Shown piece after piece: positions 17,765-25,449 of a stretch of 25,574 nucleotides of DNA (position 1 is the stretch's first letter; every line of letters starts with the position of its first letter). The position numbers and the translations under genes were made by a program. Origin of the DNA: a virus (lineage: Duplodnaviria > Caudoviricetes); IMG/VR virus record IMGVR_UViG_3300025626_000119, positions 1 to 25,574 of that record. One strand, 5' to 3'. The notes under the pieces were generated by a model that worked only from the letters and a program-made list of their open reading frames with translations, searched no databases and had not been told where the DNA came from.

Positions 17765-18649
17765 ATGGCTACATTAGTCTCATATGCAACTGTTGGGTTG
17801 GCCGAAGACGTTTCCCAAACCATTGCAAATATCTCGCCAACCAGCGTGCCATTCACCTCTGCCATCAAGTCAGAGAAAGTATCAGCCCGTTCGTTTTCTT
17901 GGTTAGAAGATTCAATTCGTGCGGCTGGCGTAAATGCGCTTGTAGAAGGTGCAGACGCAGCAACTACTGCCATCGGTCAGCCAACTGAGCGGTCTAACAA
18001 CACTCAGATCATCGGTGAAGCATTTAAAGTTGCTGCAACTGTTGACGCTGTTCAGACCCACGGTCGTGCTAAGGAAACTGCATACGCCCTGGCAAAGACT
18101 CTGAAGGCAATTAAGCTCGATCAAGAACGCGCCTATGTTGGTGTCGACCAGGCAGCAGTACCTGGCACAGCATCCGCTGCTCGTAAAATGGCCTCTGCAA
18201 CTCAGATGATTTCTACGTCTCTGGATGCAGGCTCCAACGCTACTGATCCACTTACTGAAGCGAAAGTTTTAGCATTGCATCAGACGTGCTACGAGAACGG
18301 CTCTGATCCATCGATCCTGATGGTTAAGCCTGGCGACAGTTCAATCATTGCTGGTTTTGCTACAGCAGCGAACCGTCAGCGTGACTTCTCGCAAGATAAG
18401 ACACTGACTAACGCGATTGAAGTGCTGGTGACTCCCTTCGGAACTCTGAAGGTTCAGATCAACAGAAACCTGCTCTCAACGCACGCTCTAATGATCGACC
18501 CATCCATGTGGAAGCAGTGTGTATTGCGTCCATACACTCGCACTTTGCTGGCTAAGAATGGCGACTCTGACACTCATTTCTGTGTTGGCGAAGTCAGCTT
18601 GAAGCATAGCAACTTCAGCGATGGTGGAATGATTACTGGTCTTTCTTGA
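17765..18649 (+). CDS. Major capsid protein (resembles DUF5309/SU10-type, 294 aa)
   Basis: EDVSQTIANISPTSVPF...FSWLED...N.TQI...TPFGTLKV pattern; position after scaffold; followed by a terminator-like hairpin. Confidence 0.85.
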   Translation: MATLVSYATVGLAEDVSQTIANISPTSVPFTSAIKSEKVSARSFSWLEDSIRAAGVNALVEGADAATTAIGQPTERSNNTQIIGEAFKVAATVDAVQTHGRAKETAYALAKTLKAIKLDQERAYVGVDQAAVPGTASAARKMASATQMISTSLDAGSNATDPLTEAKVLALHQTCYENGSDPSILMVKPGDSSIIAGFATAANRQRDFSQDKTLTNAIEVLVTPFGTLKVQINRNLLSTHALMIDPSMWKQCVLRPYTRTLLAKNGDSDTHFCVGEVSLKHSNFSDGGMITGLS

Positions 18650-18666
18650 TCAGTAGTTAACTAATT

Positions 18667-18739
18667 GCGGCCAGAGTTATTACTGCCAGGTTTCCGCTCT
18701 CCTTACTGGGAGTGGTGACTCTGGCTGCATTTTTATTTT
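18667..18739 (+). terminator. Long hairpin plus U-tract after capsid gene (terminator-like, possibly also an sRNA)
   Basis: Arms 18667-18689 and 18706-18728 pair over 23 positions (one G-G mismatch, four G.U); 16-nt loop; followed by ATTTTTATTTT. Confidence 0.75.
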
Positions 18740-18753
18740 ATAAAGGAAGCAAA

Positions 18754-19059
18754 ATGTCAGACCAAATTATTCACGATGTCCAGAACAAAGTGTTGCGGGA
18801 CAACGATCACGAAAACTTCAATATTGAAACCTCACAGTACATCTCACCTCAATTCATGGACCAGCTAAAGCAACAACGGAGCAACAGCCTGGGACAAACT
18901 GAGGGTGAGTACATGTCTGTCGCCAGGGTACCAGTAGCGGTCCACGAACAATGGCTACGCGAAGGTTTCGACATGATGCAAGAGCCTGCACATGCAATTG
19001 TCGCCAGGTTAAAACAGCAGAACCTTGATGGGTTCCTAACGACGAACAAGAAGGTGTAG
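18754..19059 (+). CDS. Hypothetical protein (101 aa; start revised to ATG 18754)
   Basis: AAGGA RBS upstream of ATG 18754; the longer ORF start lies inside the hairpin; VARVPVAV..QW..EG motif typical of post-capsid genes. Confidence 0.8.
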   Translation: MSDQIIHDVQNKVLRDNDHENFNIETSQYISPQFMDQLKQQRSNSLGQTEGEYMSVARVPVAVHEQWLREGFDMMQEPAHAIVARLKQQNLDGFLTTNKKV

Positions 19060-19062
19060 CCA

Positions 19063-19206
19063 ATGAGCCTTTACAAGAATATCGCTAAAAAACGAGCGCG
19101 AATAAAAGCTGGCAGCGGTGAAACTATGCGTAAGCCGAACAGCAAAGGTGCCCCCACCAATGCGTCTTTTAAGAAAGCAGCTAAGACAGCAAAGAAGAGG
19201 AAGTAA
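19063..19206 (+). CDS. Small highly basic protein (47 aa, MSLYKNIAKKRARIKAGSGETMRKPNSKGAPTNASFKKAAKTAKKRK)
   Basis: Translated by hand; fills the gap between neighbours with 3-nt spacers on both sides; AAGGTG RBS. Confidence 0.8.
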   Translation: MSLYKNIAKKRARIKAGSGETMRKPNSKGAPTNASFKKAAKTAKKRK

Positions 19207-19209
19207 CGA

Positions 19210-19812
19210 ATGAATCTCGGCAATATCCGTATCCACTTTAAGGCCCTGCTTAATCGCAGCGATATCACCGATGCACTTGCAGATACCTTTATTGACCAGG
19301 GTATTGCCAGGGTCCAGCGTTCCCTGCGTATCCCCTCGATGGAGAAGCAGTATAACTACAGCATCACATCGCCAACGACTTCTGTGGTCCTACCCAATGA
19401 TTTCCTGGAGGCTATCTCCCTGTACTTCGATGGTCGGCAGCTGGCCAAGGTAACACTCCCAGAAATCCTGGAGAGACAGCAGAACGGTGAGCAGGGGGCT
19501 CCCTTGTACTTTTGTCGCCAGGGCGGTACCTACCTTATTAGCCCGTCCCCATCGTCAGGAACTTTGAGCCTGGACTACTACGCCCAGTTCATTGACATGA
19601 CAGCAGACAGCGACGAGAACATCCTGGCACAGGTTGCTAGTGATCTAATTATTTATGCTGCACTGACCTACGCCAGCGATTACTACATCGATGAGCGGTC
19701 ACCAGTATTCGAGGGTAAGTTCACCCAGTTTATGGCCGAGATTCAAGAGCAGTCTAATGACGCTGAAACCTCCGGCAACATGCAAACCATCCGTCCTTCG
19801 TACCAACTTTAA
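19210..19812 (+). CDS. Head-tail adaptor / tail tubular protein A-like (200 aa)
   Basis: LLNRSD...FI..G..R..R.LR...E...LPNDFLE pattern; size and position before the tail fibre. Confidence 0.7.
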   Translation: MNLGNIRIHFKALLNRSDITDALADTFIDQGIARVQRSLRIPSMEKQYNYSITSPTTSVVLPNDFLEAISLYFDGRQLAKVTLPEILERQQNGEQGAPLYFCRQGGTYLISPSPSSGTLSLDYYAQFIDMTADSDENILAQVASDLIIYAALTYASDYYIDERSPVFEGKFTQFMAEIQEQSNDAETSGNMQTIRPSYQL

Positions 19813-19824
19813 CCTGGAGCAACA

Positions 19825-21723
19825 ATGGCTACTTCTTCCTTTTACTCAAGTACCGGCCCAGCTGCTGAAGATGTAACTGCACTCCAGGGTTACAAGGACC
19901 AGGCAGCAGACTCGGCAGCCGCTGCGGCAGACTCAGAAACAAATGCAGCAGATTCTCAGTCATTAGCAGCAACAGAAAATTCAGAAGCCCAGGCTGCTAA
20001 GGTTGCAGCTGAGGCAGCAAGAGATGCTGCCCTGGTAAGTCGGAATGCTGCCAATGGGTTTCAAGCTACGGCATCTAGTGCGGCTTTAACTTCAGCGGCA
20101 CAGTCAGGTATCGCTGCCACCAAAGCAAACGAAGCGTCCATCTCTGAAGGAAATGCATCTACCTTCGCAGACAACGCATCCAACAGTGCAGACTCAGCAG
20201 GTAATGCACAGACTGCCGCAGAAGCTGCAAGAGATGCTGCCCTGGCAGCTTTTGATTCTTTCGATGACAGATACCTGGGACAGAAGTCCAGCGACCCTAC
20301 AGTTGACAACGATGGTGATGCCCTGGTCGCAGGTACCTTGTATTTCAACACCACTACCGATGACATGAAGGTATACGAAGGGTCTGTGTGGGTTAATGCC
20401 TATGGAAACCTCACCGATGCTCTAGCAAAAGCAAATAACCTGTCTGACCTGGTTAATGCAGGAACCGCCAGGACAAACTTAGGTTTAGGTACAGCAGCAA
20501 CTACAGCTGCCAGTGATTACGCTACTGCGGCACAAGCTGACCAGACTGTCGCACTAACAGGTGCGGGTGCTACTAGCATCTCTGGCACATACCCTAACTT
20601 CACGATCACAAGTACCGACACAAACACGGACACAGATACAACCTACACAGCAGGAACTGGCCTGTCGCTAACAGGCACTGAGTTTGCTAACACATCCCCA
20701 GATCAAACTGTCGCACTTACTGGCGCAGGTGCTACCAGCATCTCAGGAACCTATCCGAACTTTACAATTACTAGTACCGATAATAATACTGACACGACCT
20801 ACACCGCTGGCACTGGCATAACGCTGACAGGCACAGAGTTTAGCCTGACAAACAGCACAAGCTATATGCTTAACAATGCAGATAACGACACTGTTGCGTA
20901 CACAAATAAAACAACCTTTCGCTCTAACACAGACGGAGGCAGTACATCTGGAAATATGTCTGGCCTTGAGGTTTTCCAAGGCACTATCAATGCAGACGCA
21001 TTTATGTCGTTTCATGTTGGCGGTGATGTCGCGGGTTACTTTGGGTTAGATGGCGCGACAAATGATTTATTCTGGGGCGGCTGGTCAAACGGGGCAGTAA
21101 AGAACAAGGTATGGCACTCAGGTAACGATGGCTCTGGCTCTGGTCTTGATGCGGATACTCTCGATGGAGTACAGGCTTCTGGGTTTATAAATACATCAGT
21201 AACCCAACCCAATAATATTGCAATTAGAAATGTCTCTCCCACGATCTATCTGCGAGACACAACTAACAACTCAGCAATGATCCACTGCAACAGTAATCTC
21301 TTTTATGTCTTGCGGGGCGGCAATGACACGACAACGTGGACACAGGTCAATGGCAGATGGCCTATGCAACTTAACCTTAGTAACAACGATGCCACGTTTG
21401 GCGGTAATGTTACAGCTTACTCGGACGCAAGACTTAAAGAAAACATTACCTCCATTGGAAACTCAATGGAAATGTTTAATCAAATAGATGCTAAACGGTA
21501 CAATTGGATTGATAACGGCAAGAATGACATTGGCTTTATAGCGCAGGATGTAAAAGCCGCAGGTTTGGTTGAGGTTGTAAAAGAAGCAGAGAATCGTGAT
21601 CCAGAAACAGGCGAGCTTTTTGATACTCACCTAACACTTGATTACTCCAGAATGGTCAGTGTCCTGTGGGATGTGGTCAAGGAACTCAAAGCAGAGATTG
21701 ACGAGTTGAAAGGAGGTGACTGA
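19825..21723 (+). CDS. Tail fibre with C-terminal peptidase S74 intramolecular chaperone (632 aa)
   Basis: Ala-rich coiled coil, FDDRYLG...DNDG...G.LYFN segment, internal repeats, GSGLDADTLDG motif, and YSDARLKENI...GFIAQDV...LDYSRM...coiled coil (S74 signature, from 21418). Confidence 0.88.
   Translation: MATSSFYSSTGPAAEDVTALQGYKDQAADSAAAAADSETNAADSQSLAATENSEAQAAKVAAEAARDAALVSRNAANGFQATASSAALTSAAQSGIAATKANEASISEGNASTFADNASNSADSAGNAQTAAEAARDAALAAFDSFDDRYLGQKSSDPTVDNDGDALVAGTLYFNTTTDDMKVYEGSVWVNAYGNLTDALAKANNLSDLVNAGTARTNLGLGTAATTAASDYATAAQADQTVALTGAGATSISGTYPNFTITSTDTNTDTDTTYTAGTGLSLTGTEFANTSPDQTVALTGAGATSISGTYPNFTITSTDNNTDTTYTAGTGITLTGTEFSLTNSTSYMLNNADNDTVAYTNKTTFRSNTDGGSTSGNMSGLEVFQGTINADAFMSFHVGGDVAGYFGLDGATNDLFWGGWSNGAVKNKVWHSGNDGSGSGLDADTLDGVQASGFINTSVTQPNNIAIRNVSPTIYLRDTTNNSAMIHCNSNLFYVLRGGNDTTTWTQVNGRWPMQLNLSNNDATFGGNVTAYSDARLKENITSIGNSMEMFNQIDAKRYNWIDNGKNDIGFIAQDVKAAGLVEVVKEAENRDPETGELFDTHLTLDYSRMVSVLWDVVKELKAEIDELKGGD
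20539..20844 (+). repeat. Tandem ~54-aa duplication within the tail fibre
   Basis: DQTVALTGAGATSISGTYPNFTITSTD...TTYTAGTG..LTGTEF occurs at 20539 and 20701 (162-nt period). Confidence 0.92.
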
Positions 21724-22316
21724 TGTCTGATATTCCAACGTCAGGTGCTATTAGTCTTAATCAAATGCACACAGAAGTAGGTGGAGCGTCAGGATCAATC
21801 GTAAGCATTAACGATGCTGATATTCGTGGGCTGATTGGTAAAGGCTCTGGAGTAACCATGTCGTTTAACGAGTGGTATGGGGCCTCTAGTTCGCTAGACA
21901 CACAGTCTCTTACTATAGGAACCTATTCTCCATACACTTATTACACGGGTACTTTTTACGGTGCTGGGCGTTACGGCAGTTCCCCTTATAATTTTCAATT
22001 TGGATCAATAGTTGATGGAACAGCGGATTGGGCTGGTCAATATCTTTATCATGCAATATATGCACAAACCCCGCAACCCGTAGCGGGAAGTAGCGGAAGG
22101 CCCAAATTTATAATTAGGGTTAGAAACATAGGAAACGCTAACTCTGGTTGGAATACAGTGACCGCAAACGGACAAACATTTAGTAGATCATCTATGGCGT
22201 TTGCCAATACAGGACAAAACTTTAGCCAATGGGTTTACACATATCCTTCTTATGGCTCAACTAACGTCTTTGACAGTAACGATATTGGATCAACTTTTAC
22301 GGTGGTATTTAACTGA
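21723..22316 (+). CDS. Putative fibre-tip adhesin / receptor-binding protein 1 (197 aa)
   Basis: N-terminal PTSGAISL...EWYG module; aromatic/Gly/Ser-rich C-domain; coupled to the fibre gene (TGATG). Confidence 0.55.
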   Translation: MSDIPTSGAISLNQMHTEVGGASGSIVSINDADIRGLIGKGSGVTMSFNEWYGASSSLDTQSLTIGTYSPYTYYTGTFYGAGRYGSSPYNFQFGSIVDGTADWAGQYLYHAIYAQTPQPVAGSSGRPKFIIRVRNIGNANSGWNTVTANGQTFSRSSMAFANTGQNFSQWVYTYPSYGSTNVFDSNDIGSTFTVVFN

Positions 22317-22525
22317 TGATTGATTACACAACAGTGACGGAAGATGGATTTACTAGAGCGTGTTTTACAGTAGATGAATCCTACTTTGAAGTTCAGATTA
22401 ATGGCGTTTCAGAAGATGACATGCAAGAGTTTCTAGCTGAAGAAGTACAGAATATAAATATGTCTATGTTGTCCATTGCGGAAATGGAAGCAATGCAGGC
22501 AGCAGAGGCTGACCAGCCCGAATAA
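22316..22525 (+). CDS. Small acidic hypothetical protein (69 aa), possible fibre/adhesin chaperone
   Basis: TGATG coupling; acidic; lies between the two adhesin-like genes. Confidence 0.6.
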   Translation: MIDYTTVTEDGFTRACFTVDESYFEVQINGVSEDDMQEFLAEEVQNINMSMLSIAEMEAMQAAEADQPE

Positions 22526-22550
22526 CTTAATTTAAAAAGGTGACAACGCT

Positions 22551-23549
22551 ATGACTCTACAGACATCCGGTCAGATAAGCCTCGACGATATTGGTGACGA
22601 GTTTGAAGTTGCCGCAGCTAATCGCTCCCTGGCTACCCTATCTGCCGCAGGAGGGTTTACTGCACCGCACGGCATCAAGGAATTCTACGGATTCAGCGAC
22701 ACCATACCAGTCAGCGGAATCGCATTTGCAGGGTTAAATTCTACCGGCACCAGCACAACCCGCTTCTATGACATAAACACTGTGTCTACTTCCGGCAACC
22801 CTACGCTGCGGATATCTTACAGCCGAGTGAGCGCAAGCAACTCAGGCCACACTGTCGGAATCTATAAGAATGGAACAAATATAAATAACTTCAACAGTGC
22901 CACGTCTTACCCTGCTTATACTGGATATTTCAGTGTATCAGTAGCTAACGGTGACCAAATACAAGTGACAGTTACAAACGCAGTGTCCGGTACATACCAC
23001 CAGGCCGTTATCCAGTGGATGAACCTTGACGATAACAACACGGCACTGGCGACTGACAGTTTCAGTGTCTTTAAATCTTCCGGTTCCACTGGCGGGGGCA
23101 GCGGCAACTATGGATGCTTCCCAGCAGGCATGATGGTCACTATGGCTGACGGTTCAGAAAAAGCCATCGACACTATATCGGAAGGCGATATGGTTTTAGC
23201 TTCTGGTATGCAGTCAGCGGAAGTGCTGGATGTTTGGACAATGCCTCAAGAGTCCAGATTGATTTTCAACATCAATGGTAAGCTCAGGATGACCAAAGAT
23301 CACCCGATCAAAATCATTGGCCCCACATCATCTACGTGGGCTGCAATGGACCCCGAAGCTGCTAACGAAATTCACCCCGAACTAAACATACAGCAGCTGG
23401 AGATTGGGCAGACATTGGTCGGACCTGATGGTTACAGGGAAACCGTAGAGACAATTGAAACTCAAGTCGAAGATAGCCATGTGTACAACTTGAACGTGTC
23501 TGGCGATGACACCTACTTCGTGCAAGGTTTACTTGTACACAACAAATAG
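22551..23549 (+). CDS. Putative adhesin 2 with C-terminal Hint (intein-like) domain (332 aa)
   Basis: N-terminal QTSGQISL...EFYG module; Gly/Ser linker; Hint block A CFPAGMMVTMADG (Cys189, 23115), block B TKDHP, blocks F/G VYNLNV...TYFVQGLLVHN, then K and stop. Confidence 0.85.
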   Translation: MTLQTSGQISLDDIGDEFEVAAANRSLATLSAAGGFTAPHGIKEFYGFSDTIPVSGIAFAGLNSTGTSTTRFYDINTVSTSGNPTLRISYSRVSASNSGHTVGIYKNGTNINNFNSATSYPAYTGYFSVSVANGDQIQVTVTNAVSGTYHQAVIQWMNLDDNNTALATDSFSVFKSSGSTGGGSGNYGCFPAGMMVTMADGSEKAIDTISEGDMVLASGMQSAEVLDVWTMPQESRLIFNINGKLRMTKDHPIKIIGPTSSTWAAMDPEAANEIHPELNIQQLEIGQTLVGPDGYRETVETIETQVEDSHVYNLNVSGDDTYFVQGLLVHNK

Positions 23550-23558
23550 GGCATACCC

Positions 23559-23732
23559 ATGACAGATCAAGAAAAAGATATGTTAGATGCGGTGGCTGCG
23601 TCGACTGGGGTACTTTCCCTGGTCGCCTGGCTGCCGCCTGTGGCTTCCCTCTTTACTATTGTTTGGCTGGGTATCCGCATTTGGGAAACCGAAACCATTA
23701 AGACATTGACCAACAGGAGAGACGAAGAATGA
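23559..23732 (+). CDS. Small membrane protein, putative holin (57 aa)
   Basis: Translated by hand: MTDQEKDMLDAVAASTGVLSLVAWLPPVASLFTIVWLGIRIWETETIKTLTNRRDEE; hydrophobic core, charged tail, ATGA overlap with the endolysin. Confidence 0.65.
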   Translation: MTDQEKDMLDAVAASTGVLSLVAWLPPVASLFTIVWLGIRIWETETIKTLTNRRDEE

Positions 23733-24142
23733 ACCTGGAGAGGCTCAAAGAAACTTTAAAGAAACACGAAGGCGAGAAGCTGGAGATATACAAATGCTCC
23801 ATGGGCTATCAGACCATCGGTGTCGGGCATAACCTGGACACTAAGCCCATCAGTAAACGAGTGTCTGATCTGATGCTCGAAGATGACGTTGAGGATTCTA
23901 TTGCAGACTGTAAAAGGAACATTAGCTTTTTTGATTCCCTGGACGATGTCTGCCAGGAGGCCCTGGTTAACCTTTGTTTCAATATGGGCATTGCCAAGCT
24001 GATGCAATTCAAAAAGACCCTGGCACACCTCCAGGATGGCAACCGCGAGAAGGCAGCTAATGAGCTATTAGATAGTCGCTATGCAACCCAGGTTGGCTAT
24101 CGAGCCATCGAGGTGGCCAGCATGATTAAAGGAGAAGGCTAA
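23729..24142 (+). CDS. Endolysin, T4-lysozyme-like (GH24) muramidase (137 aa)
   Basis: HEG...YKCSMGYQTIGVGHNL catalytic region (Cys and Ser around the usual Asp position), LVNLCFNMG, AANELLDSRYATQVGYRA. Confidence 0.88.
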   Translation: MNLERLKETLKKHEGEKLEIYKCSMGYQTIGVGHNLDTKPISKRVSDLMLEDDVEDSIADCKRNISFFDSLDDVCQEALVNLCFNMGIAKLMQFKKTLAHLQDGNREKAANELLDSRYATQVGYRAIEVASMIKGEG

Positions 24143-24525
24143 TGCTTACTGCATTGATTGGACCTGTCACTGGTTTACTAGAGCGTGTGATCCCAGATAA
24201 AACTGAAGCCAACCGGCTGGCACACGAAATTACCACCATGGCCGAGAAGCAAGCGCACGAACTATCCAAGGCACAACTTGAAGTAAATAAAGAAGAGGCC
24301 AAGCACGAAAGTATTTTTGTCAGCGGCTGGAGGCCAGCAACCGGCTGGTGCATTGTCAGTGCCATGTGCGGCAACTTTATGATCATCCCGTTCACCAACT
24401 TTGTGATGGAGTTGATGGAAAAAGACATTGTCATACCACTGATTCCAATGGACACAATGATGCCCGTGCTGTTAGGCATGCTCGGTCTAGGTGGACTCAG
24501 AACCTATGAAAAGACCAGAAAGTAG
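24142..24525 (+). CDS. Holin-like membrane protein (3TM/GTA-holin type, 127 aa)
   Basis: EAKH.S.FVSGWRPATGW...LLGMLGLGGLRTYEK signature; coupled to the endolysin (TAATG). Confidence 0.78.
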   Translation: MLTALIGPVTGLLERVIPDKTEANRLAHEITTMAEKQAHELSKAQLEVNKEEAKHESIFVSGWRPATGWCIVSAMCGNFMIIPFTNFVMELMEKDIVIPLIPMDTMMPVLLGMLGLGGLRTYEKTRK

Positions 24526-24554
24526 GGAGAGCATATCCAACCAGGATACCCGCT

Positions 24555-25022
24555 ATGGTTTTAGAAATCGGCACAGCTGTGTCTATGTGCAGCCAAGCCT
24601 TCAAAGTAATAAACAAGGGCCTATCAACAGGCCACTCGGCCATGGACCTCATGGATCGGTTCTCGCAGTTTTATGACGGCAAAGATCAAATCACAGCTAT
24701 GGAAGCTGCAAGTAAAGAGAAACCTCTATTGGGTGTCGGCAGCGTAGAAGGCCAGGCATTGCAAATAGTTGCTGCCAAAGCAAAGACAGCTGAGATGGAA
24801 AAGCACCTACGTGAAATTATCTTGATCACCGTGCCCAATGGCCAGCAGTTTTACTCTGACATGCTGAGGGAGCGCAGGAACATAAGGCAGCGGATCATTG
24901 GAGACGCTCGTCGCGCAGCTGCACGGAAGAAACATATCATTAATGTGCTAATGGTCAGCAGCCTTTGCGGCCTGGTTGTCGCCATCTACTCTGTTCTGGC
25001 AGCTGCAATCATAAATAGTTAA
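24555..25022 (+). CDS. Hypothetical protein with C-terminal transmembrane helix (155 aa)
   Basis: Helical body, basic patch RRAAARKK, then a hydrophobic C-terminal segment. Confidence 0.75.
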   Translation: MVLEIGTAVSMCSQAFKVINKGLSTGHSAMDLMDRFSQFYDGKDQITAMEAASKEKPLLGVGSVEGQALQIVAAKAKTAEMEKHLREIILITVPNGQQFYSDMLRERRNIRQRIIGDARRAAARKKHIINVLMVSSLCGLVVAIYSVLAAAIINS

Positions 25023-25113
25023 GCGTTCGACACGATGCATTTATATGTACGTAAAAGCGTACTCTTTGCACACTTCTGTGCGCTTGATATTAAACTTAGA
25101 TAAGGAGACACAG

Positions 25114-25296
25114 ATGGCGGGTAAAGGTTCAGCCCCACGACCAATCCCTGACCAGGAGACTTTCGCGTCCAACTGGGACCAGGTGTTTGGCCGGGCTAAA
25201 AAGCAAAAGAAGTGCAGTAACTGCGGACAATACTTTGAGACTGACCAGGCAAGCAGCTGCCACCAGGGCGAATGTCCTAAAGCTCCGATCCATTGA
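25114..25296 (+). CDS. Small Cys-rich, possible Zn-binding protein (60 aa; start revised to ATG 25114)
   Basis: TAAGGAG RBS at 25101-25107; MAGKGSAPRP...NWDQVF followed by CSNC and CHQGEC. Confidence 0.7.
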   Translation: MAGKGSAPRPIPDQETFASNWDQVFGRAKKQKKCSNCGQYFETDQASSCHQGECPKAPIH

Positions 25297-25320
25297 TAAA
25301 CAGCAGATGTTTTATCCTAT

Positions 25321-25379
25321 GCCCCAAGGCCACCCTGGTCCTGGGGCAAAAGAGCCTGGATCGGTGTTTTTTTATTTTG
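25321..25379 (+). terminator. Probable intrinsic terminator ending the late operon
   Basis: GC-rich imperfect inverted repeats followed by TTTTTTTATTTT; two alternative pairings are possible. Confidence 0.5.
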
Positions 25380-25449
25380 TCCACCCTTATCACCGAATGT
25401 TGCAACGGGCCACAGTTTTCCATATACTCTGGTTAATCCGATGACTCGA

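Noticed and set aside
18640-18760. Capsid read-through or frameshift extension (T7 10B-like)
   Set aside because: No clear slippery heptamer before the stop, an in-frame TAG follows two codons later, and the next gene has its own RBS.
23115-23546. Classical mobile intein
   Set aside because: No endonuclease insert, +1 residue is Lys rather than Cys/Ser/Thr, and there is essentially no C-extein.
19825-23549. Diversity-generating retroelement or invertible tail-fibre cassette
   Set aside because: No reverse transcriptase or invertase; the fibre repeats differ at synonymous sites of all bases, not adenines only; all genes are co-oriented.
386-24479. Numerous - strand ORFs and short alternative-frame + ORFs in the supplied track
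   Set aside because: Almost all are shadows of long, tightly packed + strand genes and show no recognisable motifs; 386-595 is intergenic but has no support either.
25187-25444. 85-aa + strand ORF
   Set aside because: Overlaps a better-supported ORF, runs through the terminator-like region and lacks a clear RBS.
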